This document shows, in pieces, positions 18,268-27,400 of a stretch of DNA of 36,457 bases. A program made the translations under genes and the position numbers. Numbering within the stretch: the stretch's first letter is position 1; each line of letters opens with the position of its first letter. Under the pieces are notes generated by a model, which searched no databases, was not told where the DNA came from, and saw only the letters and a program-made list of their open reading frames with translations. Source of the DNA: an uncultured Candidatus Poseidoniales archaeon. Its GTDB lineage: Archaea; Thermoplasmatota; Poseidoniia; Poseidoniales; Thalassarchaeaceae. The stretch is from contig CAYMRU010000003.1 of assembly GCA_964392975.1 (NCBI GenBank), forward strand, positions 1-36,457, in the 5' to 3' direction.

Positions 18268-18636
18268 GTGGCCGGTGTCAGTCCGATGGTTTCGCTGAGA
18301 ATACCTGAGGATTACTTGCTTGAAATCGACCAGAGAGTGGGGCTCGATGGAATGAGGAACAGGTCTGACGTAATCCGTGAGGCTGTTCGCAAGTATCTCG
18401 CATCTCCTCTACCTTCAGTGGGTGAGCGGGTCGAGGTTGACCTTGGTCCTGATCTGACAGCTAGGATGAGAGATTTTTGCAAGTTGCACGGAGAGACTCC
18501 GTCCTCCGTTTTGCGTCAGGCTGCTCGCACGCACATCGCCAAGGTGACACTGGAGGGGGCCACTTTAGACAGGGTCCTAGAGATGCGCATGGATGAGCTA
18601 CGTGCGCGCTTTGATGAAGATTCGAACGCTCTATGA
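18268..18636 (+). CDS. Ribbon-helix-helix (CopG/MetJ-like) DNA-binding protein with two RHH-like units
   Basis: VSLRIPEDYLLEIDQRV...NRSDVIREAVRKYL is a classic RHH. A second RHH-like unit follows: VEVDLGPDL..RMRDFC...GETPSSVLRQAARTHI. Confidence 0.85.
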   Translation: MAGVSPMVSLRIPEDYLLEIDQRVGLDGMRNRSDVIREAVRKYLASPLPSVGERVEVDLGPDLTARMRDFCKLHGETPSSVLRQAARTHIAKVTLEGATLDRVLEMRMDELRARFDEDSNAL

Positions 18637-18645
18637 GGTGAGAGA

Positions 18646-18819
18646 TTGAGCGATGATGGGATGCACGGAAACGCGGGGGGGCGTCACGGACGCCCCCTCG
18701 CCCAATCCGTTCACGGCCTGAAGGGGCTCGTCAACAGGGCCAAACTCTCAAATGCAGCAGGATACGATGCTCGTGAGGTTCCCAGAGCGCCCAGTAACAA
18801 CAGGGACGATTGTCTTTGA
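18646..18819 (+). CDS. Putative 57-aa small protein
   Basis: Not in the ORF track. SD GAGGTGA (18635-18641) overlaps the RHH stop and precedes TTG 18646, the same SD/TTG arrangement seen at glnQ. Translation MSDDGMHGNAGGRHGRPLAQSVHGLKGLVNRAKLSNAAGYDAREVPRAPSNNRDDCL*. Confidence 0.5.
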   Translation: MSDDGMHGNAGGRHGRPLAQSVHGLKGLVNRAKLSNAAGYDAREVPRAPSNNRDDCL

Positions 18820-18836
18820 AAATCAACACACACCGT

Positions 18837-18854
18837 CCCGCACGCTCGTGCGGG
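18837..18854. repeat. GC-rich inverted repeat/hairpin (possible terminator or processing signal)
   Basis: CCCGCACG-CT-CGTGCGGG lies 17 nt after the small ORF stop. No U-tract follows. Confidence 0.45.
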
Positions 18855-18919
18855 GCACCTTGATGGGTTTGTCTGAACCTTGATGCGTGGAGCGCCCATC
18901 CGGCCGCATGGACAAGGGG

Positions 18920-21816
18920 ATGTCGGACTGGAGTAGATTCGAGAGACTAACTCCGTTCAGAGTCCGAGATGTTCTGCTGGTAGCCGGTCACTTCGACCAC
19001 TACCTGCTTGAGGAATCCGGGCACTTAGCCGAAATCATGAGGCAGGAGTACTCAGACCTCAACCTGTCTCAGTCACCCAGAATCATACACAGTCCCGAGG
19101 CTAGAGACGCCCTACGGCTTCTGCAGGCTAGGGACTTCGACGTGGTCATCACCATGGCTAGGGTCGGTGACATGGATGTGAACGCGTTCGGCATAGAGGC
19201 GAAGAGGATCAGGCCCGAGTTGCCCGTGATGATGCTCAGTCACAACACCAGAGAGCTAGCAGCCCTAAGTGCAGGAGAGGGGATTGACAGGATTTTCGTT
19301 TGGACTGGTGACAGCAGGATTCTGCTCTCTATATGCAAGCTCATCGAGGATGAGAGGAACGTAGAGAACGATGTCAGGGACGGGGATGTCCAAGTGATTC
19401 TTCTGGTAGAAGACAGTCGAAGGTTCTACTCCGCCTACCTGCCGCTGCTTTACACCCAACTAGTGAATCAGACTACTCAACTCATGGGAGAGGGAGGGAA
19501 TCTGCATGAGAAGCTCCTCCGGCTTCGGGCCAGAGCCAAGATTCTACTGGCCTCGGATATGGAATCGGCCAAGTCGATAATCAATCGATACCAGAATAAT
19601 CTCATCGGTGTATTCACGGATGGTAGATTTCCGAACGAGGGAGGAGATCGAGATACTGCGGGCCTAGAACTCGTTAGATACGCACAGCAAGGTCATCGTT
19701 ACCTGCCTATCCTCTTCCAATCGAAGAACATCGAACTGAAAGATGAGGCCGAGGCACTTGGAGTGAGATTCCTACACAAGGAGGACAGTCAGTTGTACCA
19801 GGGAATCGAGGAATTCATGGTTGAGGAGATGAACTTCGGGGACTTTGTATTCCGGATGCCTGATGGCAAGGAGATCGGAACAGCTTCCAATCTCAAGGAG
19901 TTAGCAGAAGGTATCGAATCCGCGCCCCTTGAGAGCATTGAGCACCATGCACGCAGGAACCAGTTCTCACATTGGTTGAGAACTCGGACCGAATTTACGC
20001 TCGCATCCAGCATGAGGCCGATGACGTTGGAAGACTTTGAGGACGCTGAAGGAGTCCGGACCTACCTGGCCGACTCCCTCAGGCGGCACATAGAGCATAT
20101 TCGTATGCGCACCATCAGGGACTTCGACTCCAGTGAGGGAGGGGTGGGCTTCCAGAGAATAGGTCGAGGAAGCCTCGGTGGCAAGGGCAGGGGACTCGCC
20201 TTCTTCTTCACTAGGATGCCTGACCTCGGACTGGGCAATTCTCACCCCGAGGTCGAGTTCGTTATACCCCGTTCCATCGTTGTGGCTACCGATGTATTCG
20301 AGGACTTCGTCGAGGACAATAAACTGGCTAGGTACGCCTACGAGGACCATGATGACGAAACTGTCGATTCGGCTTTCCTACAAGCCGATTTCAGAACTGA
20401 TGTTGTTGAAGAGTTCTCGAAGTTGATTGAGGACATAGATTGGCCTTTAGCAGTTCGATCTTCTAGCCTGCTTGAGGACTCGAGTCATCAGCCGTTCGCA
20501 GGTGTATACTCGACCTATATGCTAGCAAACGACCATCCTGAATCTGAAGTACGACTGAGGCGTCTTCTAGAGGCGGTTAAGTTGGTTTATGCATCGACCT
20601 ACCACAGAGCCGCCAAGGCGTATGTCGCAGCAACTCCGAGCACCATTGAGGATGAGAGGATGGCTGTGGTTATCCAGGAGCTTATCGGGGACGAAATCAA
20701 TGGTAGGTTCTATCCGGTGATTTCTGGCGCTGCTAGGAGTCACAACCACTATCCGGTCGAACCACTGTTACCAGAGGACGGTATTGCTGCGATTTGCATC
20801 GGCTTGGGAAGACAAGTTGCTACAGGCGGAAAATGCCTCAGATACAGTCCCGGGCAGCCACGTAGAATACACCAATTCCACAATAACCAGTCGACTCTCG
20901 ATACCTCACAGAGATCCTTCTTCGCCATTCCAATGAGACAGGAGGGTGGTTCTGTCAACCCTTCAGAGGAAGGGAATCTGCTCAATCTCGGCCTTGAGGA
21001 GGCGGAAGAGGACGGTTGCCTGTCCCTCGTCGGTTCGACATACATCACATCTGATGACCGAATCGTAGACTCGGTTAAAGTCGAAGGAGGTCCAAGAATC
21101 GTCAGCTTCGCCCCGGTGCTGAAGCACGGTGCATTTCCGCTGTCCGAGATTCTTCATCGCGTCCTGACATCTTGCCAGAACTACATCGGCTCTCCAGTCG
21201 AAATCGAGTTCGCCGTATCGATTGACTCCTCGGGTTCGAAGCGTTTCGCGATATTGCAGGTCCGTCCGATGATGGATGAGTCTGTTGACATCGATGTCGA
21301 TCTAGACGATGTAGACAGGGACAAGGCAATCTGCATCTGCAGCCAGTCTCTGGGTAATGGCGTCATCGAGGATGTTCGTGATGTCGTTTACGTTCATCCT
21401 AGTAGACTGGACAGAATGCATACGTCTGACTTGACCTCTGAGATAGAGGCGGTCGATGCAGTCCTGAGGACGACGCCCGGCCATAAGTACTGATACGCCC
21501 GGGAAGGATGGGTTCAACACACCCCAGATTGGGAATTCCCGGGCAATGGGAGCAGATTATGGGGTCGAAAGCCATAGTCGAGGTTCCGATGGCTGACATC
21601 TACGTAGAGCCTTCGCAGGGCACTCACTTCTTCCAGAACATTATCACTTTCAATATCGGCTACCTCACAATCGGCCCGGACGACTTCCTCGACTGGGATT
21701 GGTTGGACTCGTTCAAGCCTCTGAGCGAGTCAGGCCCTCTCAGACATGTCAGACTGGACTGTTCTCTCAAGGTGATTCTGGATAGTCGCGATTCTGAGGC
21801 TATTATCACCAAGTGA
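18920..21816 (+). CDS. Receiver-domain / PEP-synthase-like (ATP-grasp + His-swivel) protein, interrupted near 21469-21493 in this sequence (sequencing error or pseudogene)
   Basis: Joins ORFs 18887..21493 and 21508..21816. N-terminal receiver-like domains (ILLVEDS...FTDGRFP...GLEL...PILFQS...FLHK). PPDK/PPS nucleotide-binding motifs GGKGRGL, AVRSSS..ED...FAG.Y.T, MAVVIQE, VEIEFA, ILQVRP. C-terminal AIVE...SQGTHFF. Start uncertain (18887, 18908 or 18920). Confidence 0.8.
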
Positions 21817-23927
21817 TGGCCAATCTTCTTGGTCGTTCTATCGTCAGGCCGGTTCCCATGAGGGTCGATCAATCCGGAGAGTACGGGAGTTTTCTCGCTC
21901 ACGATGAACTGCGAGACTCGCAGGGCGAGATGATTGTCGATGGCATAGCAGCCCTGGGGGCTGGAGGATTCCTGCTAGCTTCTGCCCCTACCGGAATCGG
22001 CAAGACTGCAGCTGCTCTGGCCGCGGCTCTCGACGCTGCTAGGAAATCTCCTGAGCCCAAGGTGGTGATGTTTCTAACCGGCAGACAGTCCCAGCATAGG
22101 ATAGTTGTAGACACAGTACGCAGAATCAACGAGAGGCTTGATTCTGAATCAGTAAAGGTCAGACTGGTAGACCTAATTGGCCAGCAGGGTATGTGCATCA
22201 ATGAGATTAGGCACGAGCACAGAGCCCTATTTTCGAGGCTTTGCGCGGACAAGCGAGGCTCTAGGACCTGCAGGCCTTGGATTGGCGATACCGATTTGGT
22301 TCGTCCCCGAATCCTGCGCGACCCTCTTCATGTAGATGAGTTGGTTTCTTTATGCGAAGGTCGCGATGAGGAGTTGCCTCACGGCATCTGCCCGTGGAAG
22401 GCTGCCAGAGAGTCGGCTGCCCACGCTGATGTTGTAGTCTGCGACTACAACCATGTCTTCGTTGAGGCGGTTAGAGATTCATCTCTCTCCGCCATGGGGC
22501 TTGATCTCGAGGACACGATTCTAGTAGTGGATGAGGCTCACAACCTACCCGACAGGATACGAAGAGGTTTCGAGCGCAGAATCACGATGAAGGTCATTAG
22601 AGATGCGATTTTTGAGATTGAGGAACATAGTGAGAGAACTCAGTCGGAAGGAGCTTCTCTGGAAGGCGAGGAATCCGATGCCAACGACTCCGAATTGGAT
22701 CGACTCAGGAGAATGAAGGCCGCCATGAGGAGGTTGGGGGACGGCCTCCCACGATGGTTTGCAGAGATTGAAGACGGTCTTGCAGGCAGTATAGGAGAGG
22801 ATCAGAACGTCTCGATGACGGAATTCATCGAGCGAGTCTCCGGAATCCTCTCCGAGGACATTGAGCGAGCATTAGATGCCGATACGCTGGTCAGGATGCT
22901 CCAGACCATCAGAGTCGACATCGACGAGAATGATGATGAATTGGAGGAGGAGACTGCCTGTACTAGGCTAGCAATTCTTCTGCAGACCTGCTTGAAGAAC
23001 CACGACAGTCCCGCTTTCGCTCTCGTACATGACAAGATTGGCGACGAAGAGCATCGGCTAACTACACATCTGCTCGACCCCGGAGTGGTCTCTGAGTCTC
23101 TTCTGGAAATCTCCAGCGGGGCTATCATGATGTCCGGAACTCTATTCCCTCCTGAGATGTACTATGATCTTCTGAAAGTACCACAGGACAGGGTTTCCAT
23201 CGTCAAGGAGTACACCTCTCACTTTCTGTCGGAGAGAAGACCTGTGCTGATTGCCAAAGATGTAACTAGCAGGTACTCGGACAGAGGAGAGGAGAATACT
23301 GCCAGATTGCGAGCGCATATCCATTCAGTTCTCAAAAAGGCTCCCGGTCACGTGGCTGTGTTCGCACCGAGTTATGCCATGTTGGAGCAGATACTGCTTG
23401 AAGACGATGACTGGATAGTGAAGAGTCGTCGGATGCTACAGGAACGACCCGGGGCCTCGAAGGAGGAGATGGATCGAATGGTCGACAATCTGCATCGATT
23501 GAGGCGCGAGGAGACGCCGGCCCTTTTGGCAGGAGTGTTAGGGGGTAAATTGGCCGAGGGTGTTGACTATCCCGGAAATATACTCGATGCAGTGGTCTGC
23601 ATCGGTATGCCTCTGCCCCCTCCCAGTTCAAGACAAGAGGCATTGAGGAGTTACTACGAGGAGCGTTACGGCAAACAGAGAGCTTGGAGATATGCGGACT
23701 CACAGCCGGCGATAAATAGATTGATGCAGGCGATTGGCAGACCGATTAGGAAGGCTGCTGACCGAGCTTTGGTGGTCCTCCTCGAGAAGAGGTTGTTGCA
23801 GAGGGGCTACAGGCTCTGTCTGCCGAAGGGTGCACATTTGGTTGAGAGTATCGATTCGAGTCGTACCCAGCGACACGCAGAGCGATTCTTCAGGAACAAT
23901 CCAGACCCGGCTAGACATATTGAGTGA
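21813..23927 (+). CDS. xpd: ATP-dependent DNA helicase, XPD/Rad3/DinG family with Fe-S cluster
   Basis: Q motif LRDSQ, Walker A APTGIGKT, four Cys (GMC, RLC, RTC, GICPW), DYNH, Walker B DEAHNL, MSGTL.P, F.PSY, G...EGVD, QAIGR.IR...DR. Start overlaps the upstream stop (GTGA). Confidence 0.92.
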   Translation: MMANLLGRSIVRPVPMRVDQSGEYGSFLAHDELRDSQGEMIVDGIAALGAGGFLLASAPTGIGKTAAALAAALDAARKSPEPKVVMFLTGRQSQHRIVVDTVRRINERLDSESVKVRLVDLIGQQGMCINEIRHEHRALFSRLCADKRGSRTCRPWIGDTDLVRPRILRDPLHVDELVSLCEGRDEELPHGICPWKAARESAAHADVVVCDYNHVFVEAVRDSSLSAMGLDLEDTILVVDEAHNLPDRIRRGFERRITMKVIRDAIFEIEEHSERTQSEGASLEGEESDANDSELDRLRRMKAAMRRLGDGLPRWFAEIEDGLAGSIGEDQNVSMTEFIERVSGILSEDIERALDADTLVRMLQTIRVDIDENDDELEEETACTRLAILLQTCLKNHDSPAFALVHDKIGDEEHRLTTHLLDPGVVSESLLEISSGAIMMSGTLFPPEMYYDLLKVPQDRVSIVKEYTSHFLSERRPVLIAKDVTSRYSDRGEENTARLRAHIHSVLKKAPGHVAVFAPSYAMLEQILLEDDDWIVKSRRMLQERPGASKEEMDRMVDNLHRLRREETPALLAGVLGGKLAEGVDYPGNILDAVVCIGMPLPPPSSRQEALRSYYEERYGKQRAWRYADSQPAINRLMQAIGRPIRKAADRALVVLLEKRLLQRGYRLCLPKGAHLVESIDSSRTQRHAERFFRNNPDPARHIE

Positions 23928-23959
23928 GCAATGGGTTCATGCGAGTCAGTTGACTCGGT

Positions 23960-24436
23960 GTGATAATGCAATGGACGAGAATAGAGGTCGAGCTACCCGG
24001 GCTAAGCGCTGAAACAGACGCGCGGCTAGGTGTCGGGGAGTTAGGACTGGATGCCACTGCTGAGAAGATGCATGACGAGTTCGTCAGTTCCATACCTCAT
24101 CTCGAAGAAGTTCAACAACAGCACGAATCGGTAATCTCCGACCTGTCCAATATGATTGAAACCTCAAAGTCGATGTCCAGAAATCCGCAACCTGTCGCAG
24201 AGATGCTTTCCGAGATGGGTGGTTCTATGGTTAGTCGGGAGGTGACGATACCGCTGCCCACAGCGATACCCGAGGAACTCATGATTGAGACCATGGCAGA
24301 TGACAGTCGCAATCTAGTCAGATTGATTGCGCCTGAGAGGTTCGGAGGCGTCATCAGGCACTTCTCGCTGAGTGACGGAGATTCGATAGTCGGCGCTCGA
24401 TGGTCGGATGGCAAATTAGTTCTCAAACTCGACTAG
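23960..24436 (+). CDS. Hypothetical protein with a weak Hsp20/alpha-crystallin-like C-terminus
   Basis: 158-aa ORF fills the gap. The terminal GARWSDGKLVLKL resembles the Hsp20 A.Y.NG.L.I.L motif. Start may be ATG 23966. Confidence 0.55.
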   Translation: MIMQWTRIEVELPGLSAETDARLGVGELGLDATAEKMHDEFVSSIPHLEEVQQQHESVISDLSNMIETSKSMSRNPQPVAEMLSEMGGSMVSREVTIPLPTAIPEELMIETMADDSRNLVRLIAPERFGGVIRHFSLSDGDSIVGARWSDGKLVLKLD

Positions 24437-27400
24437 GTCTCATCAGCTATGTACGAATCCCTCTCAGGGAATTCCTGCAACTCATCTATCTCCTGAAGTA
24501 CCGTAGAGAGTGCCATCTGAGCGTTCTGGCGATGAGGTTCGCCCAATACGTGGCTTGAGTATCTGGCCTCCTCGAATATCCGATCTAACGCGACTAGTGC
24601 CTGATCGCTTATCGGCAGGGCATTCCTGATGGCTATCTCAAACTCGCGGACAGTCTCGAAGTCCCTGCGGAGGAATCCTCTGCTCATCAGAATCTGGCAC
24701 AAACTCTCGTAGCAGTTGAAAATGGCTTCTCTGACTTCATCTCCGGCTGCGAGCAATTCGGCTGTGTAACTGAAGACTCCTGCCAATTGGTCAATCGTGG
24801 CCTTCCTTCGACGACGAATCAGTATGGTTGCACCGACTGCGAGAAGAATGGTAATCAGCGCGATTCCGAGCATGGTGGTGAATCCGAAAGCCTGTGATGA
24901 CTGCTTCTCGTAAGAGGCTTTCAAACCTCCATGGAAATTAGCTAGCCAAGTCTTATTGATAGGGTCGACATACTCAGAATCGGTGGAGAAACACACTCTA
25001 AGTGATCCCCAAAATGTCTGATTGTGGAATGAGGGCAGCCCTGTGAAAGACTCGAACTCGTAGGTGAACAGACCATCCTGATTAGTCGGCCCTACAACCG
25101 AGAAGTGGGTTGATGATGCTCTGTCTTGGCAGGTTCCATTGACCAAGTAAGCAGACATTGGGAAGTTGTCGACGGGCTGACCCGTGTCGAAAGCAGACAC
25201 GTTAACTGCTCCGTTGATGAATCGCTGTCCTTCCGAGATGTGCTGAGATTCCGGAGTAAATGTGTAAACCACTGAAATCAGGATGTCTACCTCCACATCC
25301 AATGTCTCCCCGTTGAGGTACCTTGAGCCATCAGGTTCGACCATTACAGTGAGGGTCAGTGGGCCACGAGGCATGATTTGGACAGCATTGGTAATTAGGC
25401 CGAAGTGCTCGGTGCCATCGTCTGACCAAGGATCATCAGAGAGGGGAAGGTTGCTTTCATCCCAGTACAATGAGACTGTCATGTTGCTCATCACGTTAGA
25501 GTCGCCCCCTATCTCCAGAATCCTCCCTTGAATCTTGATTGGGGCGGTGGGGTCGCCTCTGATGATGTGCAGATTGTTTGGGAATACCTCAATCTCTATG
25601 TCTGCTCTGGAATATACGGTCATATTGTATTGAGTGGGGAGGTAGAATGTCTCTCCTGCAAATGAGAACTCCACTATGTGTGGACCCCTTGCTATATCAT
25701 ATCCTAGATTGTGGGTGTAACTGAATGTTCCATCGATTGAAGTTGTAATGGCCGCAACATGCTCTCCATCTAGCGTTATCGAGACCTCTCTACCCTCAAG
25801 TCCCGGATTATCGGTGGAATCGTCATCAAACAGTCTTCCTGTGAAGTTCCAAGACCCGCCTCTAGTCATTATCGCATTATCGACCTGTAAGGTCATACCT
25901 GAGTGATATGCAATCACTAGTGTAGTTTCGGAAATCCCCAATCTGTGATAGCCCTGTTCAGGCGCTCTCACGGTCAGGATGTGATTGCCCACTTCTAGGA
26001 AGTCAGTTACAGTCCAGAGGTAGGTCCATCGACCATTTTCGTCGGAGCTAGTGATTCCAATGAGTGCCCCGTCCACGAAAATCTGTAGCGAGTGGTTGGC
26101 AAGCCAACCTCCAGGGAGGTTATCCTTCACGGTCCCACTTAGCAGCAACGAATCCCCCGCTGCGACAGCAGATGGTGGATCTATAGAAATCGAAACGGGA
26201 CCATAGACAGTGAAGATAGTTGAGGAATTGGAGCCTATGATGAATTCCTCGCCCTGATATGAAATCAGAACGATTCGTGGGCCTAGCTCCATGTCGGGAG
26301 GAACTGGGATATACAGGCTGAAAGTGCCATTCTTATCTACTGACAACGCAGTCAGGTACTGTCCATTCATAGATACCTCGAGTGTCCTATCCGAAAGTAC
26401 TCTTCCTGAGCCATCTGTAAGCATGCCTTCAATCAGCAACAACTCGTTCCTATCGATATCCCCAGGTGGCGTGGTCAGTACGACTTGGGAAGTCTGTGTC
26501 ACATTGAACACGCCTGAGTAAGATGAGGGAAGATAGTACTCGGGATTCAATGAGTCTCCTTGACCCATAGGGTCGACCCAAGTGAAACCGCCTAGGAATC
26601 TGACAGTCATTGTATGTGCACCGTAGTCCGAATCTAGCGGTAGGTCGTAAGTGATGGACCATGTTCCTGTAGTTGCGTTCGACTGAGTCGAGTAGACTGG
26701 GCCAACACTGACTCCGTCGATTTCAAGATGGATAATTCCTCCCTGCGGGCTGCCTCCATGTGCCAGTATCTGTCCGTGCTCATCCAGCAGGGTTCCACTG
26801 AAAGTAACGCTCTCCCCTGCAATTGAAGAGCCGGTGATGGAGTCTATTCTCAACTCAGTCGGGGCGAGGATGATCACACGAGTTGAAGTCTCATCGCCAA
26901 TCATTCCAGTGGTCCCATTGATGCCTGCGAATTCAGCCGATATTGTCAACGGCCCGGGTGTGCGGAAATCATCTACTGTGATTGTTGCTGTCATGGTTCC
27001 GTTGGAATCCGTTAGTCCAGTTGTTTCCAGATTCCCCTCGACATAAATCTCGACTGGTTCAGAGGCGACCGGTTGACCGGCATTGTCAATCAGCGATATG
27101 CTGACATTAATCGAATCCCCACGCACGGTCCTGCGATCTGGGTCGAGGTCCAGCGGGTCAAGAATGCTGAGTAGCGAGTAACCCCTACTATCGAAATTAG
27201 CTTCACCGGAGCCGGAGCCATAGTAATTCACACTGGGGGTGAATGTAGCCAACAGAGTATGTGTGCCGCGCGGGAAAGTGAGATCGAGTCTGATATTCGC
27301 CGACCATGTCCCGTTCGGCGCAACATCTCCTCCAGTGACTGTGAAAGTAGAGCTCTGTCCGTCGATGGAGAAGGTCAATGATGAGGCGAGAGTATTGCCA

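Noticed and set aside
18268-18819. Type II toxin-antitoxin pair (RHH + small ORF)
   Set aside because: The 57-aa ORF shows no PIN, RelE, MazF or HicA features and looks disordered. Kept only as an unknown small ORF.
21461-21510. Programmed -1 frameshift or stop-codon recoding (Sec/Pyl) in the dikinase-like gene
   Set aside because: No slippery heptamer is present. The shifted frame has its own TAA and several missense changes, and readthrough of the TGA stays in the wrong frame.
21461-21560. Diversity-generating retroelement variable region
   Set aside because: No template repeat or reverse transcriptase is in the window, and the inferred changes are not adenine-specific.
22560-23060. Intein or inserted domain in the XPD helicase
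   Set aside because: No C/S...HN splice motifs or LAGLIDADG pattern. Position and helical acidic content fit the arch domain.
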